Shown here: positions 18,344 through 27,945 of the stretch, piece after piece
Position numbering within the stretch: the first letter of the stretch is position 1
How the letters are laid out: every line of letters begins with the position of its first letter
Source: Myxococcota bacterium
Lineage (GTDB): Bacteria > Myxococcota > XYA12-FULL-58-9 > JALHOP01
Assembly (NCBI GenBank): GCA_041288095.1
Contig: JBGGMJ010000060.1
Coordinates: forward strand, 1-40,855
Direction of reading: 5' to 3'
Length of the DNA stretch: 40,855 bases
Made by a program: the position numbers and the translations under genes
Notes under the pieces: generated by a model
The model's input: the letters and a program-made list of their open reading frames with translations, nothing else
Told to the model about the DNA's origin: nothing
The model's database searches: none

Positions 18344-19245
18344 GGTTGCCCGTGACTCGCGTCACCATCGCCATTGCTCTCCTATCCGTCGTCGCGGCCG
18401 TCGTCGCTTGGCGCATGGAGCATCGCCTGTATTTGGACCCGCGCTGGCAGGTACCGACCGTGACCGTGCTCGATGCCGGCGCCGAGCCGCGCGCAGCCCT
18501 TCGCTACCAGCACACCACCCCGCCGCGCCCATTCACCTCGGTCACCCAAGAAGCCCTGATCACCTTCCGCGGAGTGCTCCAGGGAGAGGAGTCGCAGACT
18601 CCACCCATCCTGCTGCATTGGGAACCAGCGGCCAGCGAGCGCTCGTGGGGCGTCAGCACCACCCACTGGCGACTCGCCGCGGCCGAGGGCGCCCAAGAGC
18701 TGGTCGGCGCGGTCTGGATCGTGCGTGTCGGCAAGAACGGGCAGCTGCGGATCGAACCGCCGGGTGACATGGCGCCCTCGGCCGCGAAGCTCGCCGAGCG
18801 TTTGCGGCGCGTCTTGGCCTGGACGCTCGCGGTGCCGCTACCGGACGAGTCTGTCGGCAAGGGAGCCCGCTGGACCGCGACCTGGCGCGCTCCGGTCGGC
18901 GTCGGCACGGATGTCGAGCACGTGGCCACCTACGCGTTGAACGACAGCAATCGCGCCGGTGTCGACCTCGACGTGACTTGTCGTTTGAGCGGACAGCCGC
19001 AGCGCCCCGCCGAGCACGTCGTCGTCGACGAGATCGAGGGCGACTATGCGGGCCGCATCGTCTTGCTGCTCGAGGAGGCAACACCGGTGCAGACCGAGCT
19101 CGCTTTCCGGTCCGGCATGGCAACCGTCGAGGCAGCGTCCGACAGCGGCCCCCCTACCGATGAAGAGCGCCGTCGTGGCAACAAGATCGTCTGGCGCGGC
19201 CGTCTGCTATTGCAGGCAGACGCGATTGGACCATTGCACTGGTGA
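18340..19245 (+). CDS. Membrane-anchored exported protein (DUF6263-like)
   Basis: N-terminal TM; motifs LDAGAEPRAALRY and VPLPDESVGKGARW. Start overlaps the previous stop. Confidence 0.65.
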   Translation: MRLPVTRVTIAIALLSVVAAVVAWRMEHRLYLDPRWQVPTVTVLDAGAEPRAALRYQHTTPPRPFTSVTQEALITFRGVLQGEESQTPPILLHWEPAASERSWGVSTTHWRLAAAEGAQELVGAVWIVRVGKNGQLRIEPPGDMAPSAAKLAERLRRVLAWTLAVPLPDESVGKGARWTATWRAPVGVGTDVEHVATYALNDSNRAGVDLDVTCRLSGQPQRPAEHVVVDEIEGDYAGRIVLLLEEATPVQTELAFRSGMATVEAASDSGPPTDEERRRGNKIVWRGRLLLQADAIGPLHW

Positions 19246-19247
19246 CG

Positions 19248-22200
19248 TCATGGCACGCTGATGTTGACGTGACCGTCGGTCGGGTCGTCCTCGCCGTTGT
19301 AGTACCACTGGCACCACGGTTTGAAGTCGTCGCAGAGATCATCCGGATGACTGTCGTGATCCTCGATCTCCGCCTGCGTGATGTAACAACGGCAGCTCTG
19401 GTTGTTGCCGTAGTACAGCTTCTCGCCGCAGCGGAACATGCATGACGGCGTCGTGTTGGTCGGCTGCGACACGACCGTGTCGGCATCGCTCGGCCACATG
19501 TCGCAGCTCCCGGCATCGATCGTGGATCCCGGGGTCGTGCACTCCGTCGAGCCCGTGCGCTTACACGCCGCGACGCTCTTCTCCCAGGCCTCGATGAAGT
19601 CCTCGGCGCCGCGGAAGAGGTAACGCATCTGATAACGCATATCCATGAAGCTCGTGGGATCGGTGCGCATGGCGTTGACCATGTTCTGGAGCATGTCGGG
19701 CGTAAGGCCGATGTTGGCGTGACCGACGTAGTTGAAGTCGAAGCCGCGATACACCGGCGGCACATTGAAGACGTCACCTTCCTCGTCGCGGTAGATGACG
19801 TCGCTGGCGAGCGCCGTAGCGTCGTTCTTGTCGAAGTACAGGCGCTTCATGTCGGGCTGTGGCGGCGTCGCGGTGTTGGACGGCGTCTTCGAGCGCGCGG
19901 CTATATCGTCGTCGGCGACGCCAAGGACGTCCTTCTTGTAGTACACTCCGTTTTGGCGGAAGTTCTCGGCCATCATGTTCGAGGCGAGCATGGGGTCGCC
20001 GGCGAGGCTGAAGGCGAGGTCCTCGGCGCCGTAGCAGGACATGCCGAAATGCCGCGGGCCCATCTGGCTCGCGAAACCGTTGAAGTCGGTGCCGAGCGCG
20101 GCGCCGATGGCCGCCCAGTGCGGTGGACGCGGGGTCACATAGGCCGTGAAGCCCGTACCGCTCGGCATGACGTAGGACATCGTTGCCCCCGACTGCTCGC
20201 CGGCGGTGATGTACGCGAGGTACTTCAGCGCGAAGTCGGTGGGACTTCCGGGGCACGTCGTCAGCGTGCTCAAGTCCCAAATAGCGGACTGCTTGGGGAT
20301 AGCTGGTGACTTGTGACGCTCGTAGCCCGTCGACAAGCCAACGATGCCGCCGAGGCGCATGATCTGTTGCACCTCGTTTTGGCGGAGCTGCCGCTCGTTG
20401 GTCCCCCAAGCGGTCGCCCAGCGTAGGTCGGAGTGCGTCGCGATGATCGGATACGCGCGCGCCTGACAGACGGAGAGATCGGGATTGGTGCAGCCGCTCT
20501 GGAAGAGCCACGGCTGCAGATCATCACGCGCCGTTTGACTCATGTGCTCGACGTCGATGAGCATGCCGCGACTCATCGCAATGAGGGCGTAGTCGACGCC
20601 GCGGCTGGTTAGGCCATTGGCATTGATGTGGCCGGGCGAGAACATCATCGACTCGTAGTTCTGCAGCGGGTCGGTCGTCGGCACGCCCTCTTCGAAGGAC
20701 ACGGTGAAGCCTTGGTTGTTGGTCACCGCTCCAGCGGGCGCCGCCCACCAGGAAACGCGCTTGGTCAGGTTGTCGTCGCCGATGAAATCGGGAGCCAACG
20801 CCATGAACATGTTGAAGCTTATGTCCAACGCCCCAGTGACCATCTGGAAGTAATGCGTCGGCGCGGCGCACTCGAAGAGGTCCGCGCAGAGGTCGCCGTT
20901 CTGCTTGAACATGGTGTTGGGCAACGTGCAGGCGATTTGACCAGCGGAGAGGTGACCCAGCACATCGGCGGCGCGCGTCTCCCACGCGTCTTCGTCTTTG
21001 TAGATGCCGCCCGCGTATTCGTCGATTCCGTAGAGCCAGCGATTCCAGGCTCCTTGCTTGAAGCCCGGAGCGGTGATGGTCGCGAAGTTGTCGAGCGTGG
21101 CGCAGTTCCCGGAGGCCACGAAACGTGTATCGATACCGAAGGCGTCGTTCTGCAGCGTAAGCACGCCGTCGAAAACGGCGGCACCGCCGAGCTCGTTGTC
21201 GAACTGATGGATGGGCGTGATCTTGCGGATGCCCGCCCAACGCAAGAAGTCGAGCTCGTTGGTGTAAGAGCCCGGCGCTGGTCCCGCGGCACGCAACTGG
21301 CCGGAGGTCGCGAGCTCCGCACCCAACACGATGGCGAGCTTACCGTCGGCGATGTAGCGACGCGCCTCGTCAGGCGTGTATGCGATGCGCGCGAAGTCCG
21401 CTATCTCGGACGCAGACGCGAGCTTCTTGATGGCGCAGACTTGGCGCTCGACGGCGTATTGCTCATCACTCGCGTGACCGACGTGGCCCCACATGGTGTA
21501 CGCAAGATTGAGCGGATCGGGCTCGCTGTTCTCGATGTCCCAGAAGTTGTGCATCAGCGTATCGAGCGCGAGGCTGTGCTGAACGTCGGACACGAGGATA
21601 CGCAAGCCCCCTTGCCAGGCGCGCTTGAGCCACTTCCAGTACATCTGCTGGTGAATCTTGGAGAGGAACGGCCGCTCGGGCACGACGAACTTGTGCAGGT
21701 CCCAGTTGTAGCCGTACTGCCCGTGCGTCGCCTGATTGAGCATCTCTTCGTAGCCGAACATCGGGATGTGCGACGACCCGTCTTTGCTCGCAAAGACGTG
21801 CATCAGATACTGCGACGCGCTCACCGAGTTGTAGTTCTCGTCGTTGAAGATGTTCTCGTCGTCGGTCTCGCCGCGGTTCTGATGTTTGCCACGGTCACAG
21901 GCGGCGAGCGCCAGCCGGTCGCGATCGATATCCGTGCTCGCCGTGCACACGAGCGTGTTGCATGAAGCGACGATGCCGTGCGCCGGGCACACGAGTGTCT
22001 GCTCGGCGTTGACCCAGTCCGACGGGCACAGCTCGAATGGGCCCATGGATTTACGCTGGAATGGCAGGCCCGCCATCGCGCCCATCCGCGTCTGCAGCGC
22101 GGCGAGTGACTGACGGTTGGGCAAGGACGTCACCGCCGGCAACGGCTCGGCGCCGGAGCCCATGTGCGACATCCAGTGCGTGTGAATGTCCGCGATACCG

Positions 22201-23243
22201 TACACCGCCGCGGGCCGATCGGATTCGATCGTCGGCACGAGCGCCGAGGACGCGTAGGCACCGAACGGTGCTTCCTGAAAACGCGCCGCGATATCGGACA
22301 GGCTGCCAACGACGACCGAGTCGACGTTGAGATGGCCCTTGTCCGACATGTCGCGCATGCGAACGCGACCACCCGTCTTGCACCAGTTGGCGCGCGGGTT
22401 GATTCCGCCGCCCGTCGCGGCCGACGAGCCCCACAGGTCGATGATGACGAGCTGCATGCGCTCGTCACCGAGGAATACGCCGCCGTTTTGCGCGCCCTTG
22501 TTGGGCGCCACCAAGGCGGGTTTCAGGGTCTCGCTCGCCGCTGTCGGATTCGCGGTGAGTCGCGCGGAGATGCTCTCGAAGGTGCGACGCCCTCCCCTGT
22601 AGATCGAAACCCCGGTCAACGTTTGCGGGGTGTCCCTGCAGCTCGCACGCCCTTCGACACTGACGAACACGAGCTCCTGGTTGGATGCCGCCGACTTCGC
22701 GGGCCGGCCGCCAATCGTGAAAGCAACGTAGCGCGTCGTGCTGCCCGTGAGGTCGAGGTCATTGCTCTGGAACTCAGCGGTGAGCCAGTCGAGCTCCGCG
22801 TCCGGGGTGCCAACGCCTGCGACCGGATTGAAGTTCCATGGATTGTCCTTGGTGGGACGAACGTCGGCGGTGCCGAAGTAGAACTCGCCGATGACGCCGA
22901 TGGGATACGCGGAGTTCCAGTAGTCGCCGCCGAGCTCACTGCCGATCTCGTGGGGTCCATCATTGTCGATGTTGAAGCCGCCGGGGATAGGCTCTTTGTG
23001 CGCAAGGTGGCGCTTGATGGAGACGTTCTCGCCGTAGACGGGGATCCAGCCGTTGACGTTGGGGCCGGCGGCGGCGGCCGGGAGCGAGGGCTGGCCGGCC
23101 ATCAACAGCCACTTGCCCGAGGCTTGCAGGTAGTCCGGCGTGCGCGCTGTGTTCTCGAAGGTATCTTCGAAGATTGGTGCCGCGAGCACAGGCGAGCTGG
23201 CGGATACCGCTAGAGCGGACAGAACGACCATTAGACGCTGCAT
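19248..23243 (-). CDS. Large secreted amidohydrolase of the membrane dipeptidase (M19)-like family, with accessory N- and C-terminal domains
   Basis: Signal peptide; ADIHTH, HQQMYWKWLKRAWQGGLR, GKLAIVLGAE, PIHQFDNELGG, GMLIDVEHMS, IATHS, GTDFNG. GGAG RBS. Confidence 0.85.
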   Translation of the reverse strand: MQRLMVVLSALAVSASSPVLAAPIFEDTFENTARTPDYLQASGKWLLMAGQPSLPAAAAGPNVNGWIPVYGENVSIKRHLAHKEPIPGGFNIDNDGPHEIGSELGGDYWNSAYPIGVIGEFYFGTADVRPTKDNPWNFNPVAGVGTPDAELDWLTAEFQSNDLDLTGSTTRYVAFTIGGRPAKSAASNQELVFVSVEGRASCRDTPQTLTGVSIYRGGRRTFESISARLTANPTAASETLKPALVAPNKGAQNGGVFLGDERMQLVIIDLWGSSAATGGGINPRANWCKTGGRVRMRDMSDKGHLNVDSVVVGSLSDIAARFQEAPFGAYASSALVPTIESDRPAAVYGIADIHTHWMSHMGSGAEPLPAVTSLPNRQSLAALQTRMGAMAGLPFQRKSMGPFELCPSDWVNAEQTLVCPAHGIVASCNTLVCTASTDIDRDRLALAACDRGKHQNRGETDDENIFNDENYNSVSASQYLMHVFASKDGSSHIPMFGYEEMLNQATHGQYGYNWDLHKFVVPERPFLSKIHQQMYWKWLKRAWQGGLRILVSDVQHSLALDTLMHNFWDIENSEPDPLNLAYTMWGHVGHASDEQYAVERQVCAIKKLASASEIADFARIAYTPDEARRYIADGKLAIVLGAELATSGQLRAAGPAPGSYTNELDFLRWAGIRKITPIHQFDNELGGAAVFDGVLTLQNDAFGIDTRFVASGNCATLDNFATITAPGFKQGAWNRWLYGIDEYAGGIYKDEDAWETRAADVLGHLSAGQIACTLPNTMFKQNGDLCADLFECAAPTHYFQMVTGALDISFNMFMALAPDFIGDDNLTKRVSWWAAPAGAVTNNQGFTVSFEEGVPTTDPLQNYESMMFSPGHINANGLTSRGVDYALIAMSRGMLIDVEHMSQTARDDLQPWLFQSGCTNPDLSVCQARAYPIIATHSDLRWATAWGTNERQLRQNEVQQIMRLGGIVGLSTGYERHKSPAIPKQSAIWDLSTLTTCPGSPTDFALKYLAYITAGEQSGATMSYVMPSGTGFTAYVTPRPPHWAAIGAALGTDFNGFASQMGPRHFGMSCYGAEDLAFSLAGDPMLASNMMAENFRQNGVYYKKDVLGVADDDIAARSKTPSNTATPPQPDMKRLYFDKNDATALASDVIYRDEEGDVFNVPPVYRGFDFNYVGHANIGLTPDMLQNMVNAMRTDPTSFMDMRYQMRYLFRGAEDFIEAWEKSVAACKRTGSTECTTPGSTIDAGSCDMWPSDADTVVSQPTNTTPSCMFRCGEKLYYGNNQSCRCYITQAEIEDHDSHPDDLCDDFKPWCQWYYNGEDDPTDGHVNISVP

Positions 23244-23340
23244 AAGCTCCCCCGACGGCGCGAGCGCCGACGTCTACCGGAACGACGGGGGGTGCGGCCA
23301 GGCGATTGATTGCTCGAATTGCAACGGCGGTGACCCGCCG

Positions 23341-26300
23341 TCACGGAACATAGAGCCTGGGCTCGTCGTTCATGGTGTTGCCGAGCAACATGTACGTCCC
23401 GGTCCAGACGACCGAGTCCTCACGCGTCGTCGCCGGTCCGTCGGTGGTGCTCATCGCGGTCCAGCTCGAGCCGCTCACGTCATACACGCCACCCGAAACC
23501 AAGCCGCTGCTCGAGCTCGGCGTTGCGAGTCCGCTCCAAACGAGCAGCTTCGTGCCCGTCCACGCCGCGAGTGGTCGCGAGCGCGCGGCGGGGGCGTTGG
23601 TCGTCGTGAGCGCTGTCCAGCTACCGCCGGGAGTGTAAACGGCCCCGGTGTTCGTGGTCGCGCTGGCGCTGGTCTCGCCGCCCCAGACGAGCATCTGGGT
23701 GCCGGTCCAAACCGCCGCGGCGCGGCTGCGGGCGCTGATCTGCGCCGCCGAAGCGATGGGCGTCCAGGTGTCGGTGCCGGGGACGTAACGCGCGCCATCG
23801 TCGAGATAGCCCGCGGCGCCCCGTCCGCCCCAGACGATCATCTCACTGCCGGTCCACACCGCGACATGGCCAAAACGCGCGGCCGGGGCGTTGGTGGCGC
23901 TCATCGACGTCCAGATGTCGGTCGCCGGGTCGTAGCGCGCGCCGTCGCCGATCGGCGTGCCGTTATTCGCCCCGCCGAAGATCAGCACATAGGTCCCGTC
24001 CCAGACCGCCGTGTGCTCGCGACGCCCGCTCGGTGCATCGAGCGTACTGGTCGCCTGCCAGGTGCCGGCGCCGGCGGGATCATAGCGGCCCCCCGTACCG
24101 AGATACGTCGTGCCCGAGCTGCCGCCGAAGACCACCATACGCGAGCCGGTCCAGGTGGCGCTGTGGCCGTTGCGGGCCGAGGGCGCGCCGGATGCGCTGC
24201 TCTGCGTCCATTCGCGCGCCGCCGGCGTCGTCGTCACCACGCGACTCGTGCTGCTCGTGCTGAAGACCGGGTCGATGCCGCCGTACGCTATGGCGGTCGA
24301 GCCCGTCCACACGAGGCTCGCGGCGCGATATGGCCCGGTCGTGCCGCTGCGCGTCTCGCTGAGGGCTCCGTTCGATGCGACATAGCGGATGCCGCCATTA
24401 CCGGCGCCGCTGCTGCCGCCGCCTACCGCAATCATCTCGACTCCCGTCCAGACCGCGGTGTGCTCCATCGAGGTTCCGGGAAGACCGGTGTTGATGACGC
24501 CCCAGGTGCTCGTCTTCGGGTCGAACCATTCGCCGCGGGAGTCGACGGAGCAACCGCCGACGCCCTGGTCCCAGCATCCGCCCCAGACGATGACTCGACT
24601 CCCGGTCCAGATCATCGTCGCGGCGGTACGCGTCCTGGGTGGCGTCGGCAGCGCCGTCCAGGTGTTCACCGCCGGATCGTAAATGCCCGCTTTCGTGATC
24701 ATCGTGGTGCCCGTCCAGGCGGCGCTCTCGCGATAGGTCGTGCCGACGGAGCTCGTGCTGGACGCGATCGGCGTCCAGGCATTCGTCACAGGGTCGTACA
24801 TCGCACCGGTATTGAGAGGGACGTTGCTCGGATTGACGCCGCTCCAGACGATCATACGGTCGCCGGTCCAGGCGCAGACCGGCGAGGTGCGCGCGCTCGG
24901 CGCGTTCGTGGTGCTGGTCGCTTGCCAGGTGCTCGTCGCCGGGTTGAAGCGGCTGCCCGTGTTGGTCGCCGTGCTCACCGTCGAGGTGACGCCGCCCCAG
25001 ACGATCATCTCGCTGCCGGTCCACACGGTGCAGGCCTCGAGCCGGGAGGTCGGGCCACCCGCGAGCGCGCTCCAGGTGTCGTTCGTCGGGTCATAGCGGC
25101 CGGCACCGGCCGCCCCGCCCCAAATGAGCATCTCGGAGCCGGTCCACACGGCGACGTGCGCTTGGCGGGCGGATGGCGCGCCGACCATGCTGATCGATCG
25201 ATACGAGTCGGTCTCCGGGTCATAGCGTGCGCCCGTGCCGATGACGGCGGCGCCGTCGTGACCACCCCAGACCAGCATCTCGTTGCCCGTCCACACCGCC
25301 GTGTGGCGCTTGCGCTTCTGCAACATGGTCGTCGGCAACCAATCGTCTCCGTCCGCTACGTAATAGCGGACGACGTTACTGGTAACGCCGAACACCGTGA
25401 CCTGCACCGCGTGGTTGCCGGCGCCGAGCCCGCCGGGCAGCGTGAGCTGCACCGTGGTATCGGACCAGTTGACCGGGGTCACGGGAAGGCCGCCAATCGT
25501 GGCGTTGCCACTCACGGTGAAGCCTACTCCCGTGAGCGTGATGCTGCCGGAGGCGGGCCCATGCTCCGGCGAAATGGTCTCAATCCAGGGCTGCACCACG
25601 AAATCCACCGGCGTGCTCGCGCTGCCGTCGCCGCGCGTCAGCACCAGCGGCCGCGTGCCCGGCGCGACCGCGGGGATGCGCACTACGACGTACGTCTTGG
25701 ACCGACTCTCGATGGTCGCCGAGTTGCCGCCAATGGTCACGGTGGCGTCGGTGCCGAGATAGCGGCCATGGATCTGCAGGGGACGCCCGACGGCTCCGAC
25801 TGCTGGGAGCAGGCTTTCGACCTCGGGGGGTGGCGGCGCCAGGACCTCGATGGCGATGACGGCGCCTTGCGAGTCGACCTGGCCATCGTTCGCCACGACC
25901 GTGAACGCGTCGAGGCCGCGATAGCCGGTGTCGGGCACGTAACGGAAGCCACCCGTGTCGGCCGCGAGCTCGACGGCGCCGTGCGCCGGCTGCGACGTCA
26001 CGGCGAAGGTCAGGTCGTCCCCATCGACGTCGGTCGCGGTGACGAAGCCCTGGAGCGGCTCATCCTCGATGGTCTGGAGACTCGCGCCCTGGGCCACCGG
26101 TGCATCGTTCACCGGAGTGACCGTGAGCGAGACGTTCACCACCGCGGAGGTCAGCGCTCCGTCGCTCGCGTGATAGGTGAACGAGAGCGGACCATTGAAG
26201 TCCTGCGCCGGGGTAAAAGTAACGGCGCCGCTGCTCGCCACCGACAGTGTCCCGGATGCCGGCTGTGTGTCCACGATGGCGGACAAGACATCGCCATCGA

Positions 26301-27078
26301 CATCGACGTCGTTGCCGAGCAGGCCGGCGGCGGCGTCCAGAGTGAGCGTCGCGTCCTCCGCGACGTCGTACGCATCGTTCACGGCGCTCGGGGCGTCAGG
26401 GGTCGGAGCGACCGTGAAGGTAACGACCGCTTGTGAACCGTAGGTCCCGTCGCTCGCCGCGTAGGTCACCTGGTCGGTACCGAAATAGTTCGCGGCGGGC
26501 GTGTACGTGAAGGAGCCGTCGCCGGCGAGCGACAGCGTTCCATGCTGGGGAGGGGTGACCACGCTGGCCGAGAGCGCCGTGCCGTCAGGATCAGTGTCGT
26601 TCGTGAGCACACCTTGTGCGCTCGCGGCCACCAGCACGGTGTCTTCGCTCACGTCGTAACTGTCCGCTGCGGCGGTCGGGGCCCCCGCCGCCGCGGTGAT
26701 CGTGATCTCGACCGTCGCCGGCTCGGACTCGATGGCGAGGTCGGTCGCGCGGTAGTTGAACCCGTCCGACCCGACGAACCCCAGCGAAGGGGTGTAGACG
26801 AAGCCGCCGTCCGCGAGCATCGACAGGGTCCCGTGGGTCGCCTGTGGCGGCGGCATCACGACATAGAGCGTGCGGCCCTGCCCGCTCTCGTCATTCGCGA
26901 GCACACCTGGGGTCCCTACGGTCAGCGCTTGGTCCTGCTGCCCGGTGTACGTGTCGGCGCGCGCGGTCACGTTGTCGCTGTCTCCGCGACCTTTGACGCT
27001 GCCGCCGCAAGCGGCGAGGAAGACAAAGAGAAGTGCCCAGAAACCACGCTGGGCGGCCACGGCGGGGACTGTTCGCAT
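23341..27078 (-). CDS. Surface lipoprotein: about 4 cadherin-like/Ig (tandem-95) repeats, 2 IPT/TIG domains and Kelch propeller repeats
   Basis: Lipobox FLAAC; repeats GVLxNDxD...HGTL...DGxFxYTP; IPT-like VESLLPAVG and IETISPEHG; about 13 HxAVWTGxxMxVWGG repeats. ATG27078 preferred over 27267. Confidence 0.88.
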   Translation of the reverse strand: MRTVPAVAAQRGFWALLFVFLAACGGSVKGRGDSDNVTARADTYTGQQDQALTVGTPGVLANDESGQGRTLYVVMPPPQATHGTLSMLADGGFVYTPSLGFVGSDGFNYRATDLAIESEPATVEITITAAAGAPTAAADSYDVSEDTVLVAASAQGVLTNDTDPDGTALSASVVTPPQHGTLSLAGDGSFTYTPAANYFGTDQVTYAASDGTYGSQAVVTFTVAPTPDAPSAVNDAYDVAEDATLTLDAAAGLLGNDVDVDGDVLSAIVDTQPASGTLSVASSGAVTFTPAQDFNGPLSFTYHASDGALTSAVVNVSLTVTPVNDAPVAQGASLQTIEDEPLQGFVTATDVDGDDLTFAVTSQPAHGAVELAADTGGFRYVPDTGYRGLDAFTVVANDGQVDSQGAVIAIEVLAPPPPEVESLLPAVGAVGRPLQIHGRYLGTDATVTIGGNSATIESRSKTYVVVRIPAVAPGTRPLVLTRGDGSASTPVDFVVQPWIETISPEHGPASGSITLTGVGFTVSGNATIGGLPVTPVNWSDTTVQLTLPGGLGAGNHAVQVTVFGVTSNVVRYYVADGDDWLPTTMLQKRKRHTAVWTGNEMLVWGGHDGAAVIGTGARYDPETDSYRSISMVGAPSARQAHVAVWTGSEMLIWGGAAGAGRYDPTNDTWSALAGGPTSRLEACTVWTGSEMIVWGGVTSTVSTATNTGSRFNPATSTWQATSTTNAPSARTSPVCAWTGDRMIVWSGVNPSNVPLNTGAMYDPVTNAWTPIASSTSSVGTTYRESAAWTGTTMITKAGIYDPAVNTWTALPTPPRTRTAATMIWTGSRVIVWGGCWDQGVGGCSVDSRGEWFDPKTSTWGVINTGLPGTSMEHTAVWTGVEMIAVGGGSSGAGNGGIRYVASNGALSETRSGTTGPYRAASLVWTGSTAIAYGGIDPVFSTSSTSRVVTTTPAAREWTQSSASGAPSARNGHSATWTGSRMVVFGGSSGTTYLGTGGRYDPAGAGTWQATSTLDAPSGRREHTAVWDGTYVLIFGGANNGTPIGDGARYDPATDIWTSMSATNAPAARFGHVAVWTGSEMIVWGGRGAAGYLDDGARYVPGTDTWTPIASAAQISARSRAAAVWTGTQMLVWGGETSASATTNTGAVYTPGGSWTALTTTNAPAARSRPLAAWTGTKLLVWSGLATPSSSSGLVSGGVYDVSGSSWTAMSTTDGPATTREDSVVWTGTYMLLGNTMNDEPRLYVP

Positions 27079-27135
27079 TGCCGGGGAGTGTACCCGGATC
27101 CCGCCCGCAAGGCTTACAGGTGACGCCTCTTCATG

Positions 27136-27156
27136 CCGACACCGCCGCGGTGTCGG
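27136..27156. promoter_or_regulatory. Perfect 9-bp inverted repeat in a divergent intergenic region
   Basis: CCGACACCG-CCG-CGGTGTCGG between ATG27078 (-) and ATG27217 (+). Confidence 0.4.
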
Positions 27157-27216
27157 TCCCGTATACGGCAGCGAACCGCAACCAATACGGCTCCCCTGTC
27201 GACAACGATCCCGCCA

Positions 27217-27945
27217 ATGAATCACCAAGCAGTCATCCTGGGCGCAACCGGCCTGGTCGGCTCCCACATCGTCGACGCCTTACTCGCCGACCCCATGTGG
27301 ACGCGCGTCATCTGCCTCGGCCGTCGTCGCACCGGCCGGACGCATCACAAGCTGGTCGAGCACGTGGTCGACCTCTGGGACCCGCCGACTTGGACACGCC
27401 TCGTGCAAGGCGACGTTGCCTTCAGCGCCCTCGGGACGACCCGTCGCGCCGCGGGCGCCAAGCAGGCGCAATGGGAGGTCGATCACGACTATCAGCTCGC
27501 TTTCGCCACCGCCGCCCGCATGAACCGTGTGCCGACCTTCGTCCTCATCTCCGCGGCGGGAGCCAATGCCCACAGCCGCCTGTTCTACCCGCGCATGAAG
27601 GGCCAGCTCGAGCGCGAGATCGCCGCGCTGGTGTTCCCGCGGGCGCGCGTCCTCCGCCCTAGCCTCCTCGACGGCGAACGCGCGGAGCGTCGCTTCACCG
27701 AAAGCGCCGCGCTCGGAGTGCTCCGTCCGCTGCGGCGGATTTTGCCGGCGATGGCGCGGCCCGTCGAAGCCTCCGTGGTCGCCGCCGCGGCGATTGCCTC
27801 GGCCCACAACGAGTTCAGCGGCCTGCGCCTGCTCGAAGCACTCGATATCTTCGCCCTCGGCGCCGCGCACGTCGACTTCGCCGGTCCCGCCGCGCTTGCG
27901 CCACCGCGTTCCGTGAGTTACCCGACGCCGGATGTTCCATCGTAG
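27217..27945 (+). CDS. NAD(P)-binding Rossmann protein (atypical SDR, TIP30/YraR-like)
   Basis: AVILGATGLVG, AFSALGTT, VDHDY, YPRMKGQLE, LRPSLLDG. Confidence 0.9.
   Translation: MNHQAVILGATGLVGSHIVDALLADPMWTRVICLGRRRTGRTHHKLVEHVVDLWDPPTWTRLVQGDVAFSALGTTRRAAGAKQAQWEVDHDYQLAFATAARMNRVPTFVLISAAGANAHSRLFYPRMKGQLEREIAALVFPRARVLRPSLLDGERAERRFTESAALGVLRPLRRILPAMARPVEASVVAAAAIASAHNEFSGLRLLEALDIFALGAAHVDFAGPAALAPPRSVSYPTPDVPS

Noticed and set aside
23390-25310. Recurring DNA motifs (CCGGTCCACAC, CCGCCCCAGAC) resembling a CRISPR or tandem array
   Set aside because: They encode the Kelch VWTG/VWGG residues, are degenerate at third positions, and no cas genes are present.
23140-26436. 1098-aa plus-strand ORF
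   Set aside because: Antisense shadow of the Kelch lipoprotein. It is Arg/Gly/Ala-rich with no motifs, as expected from GC3 bias.
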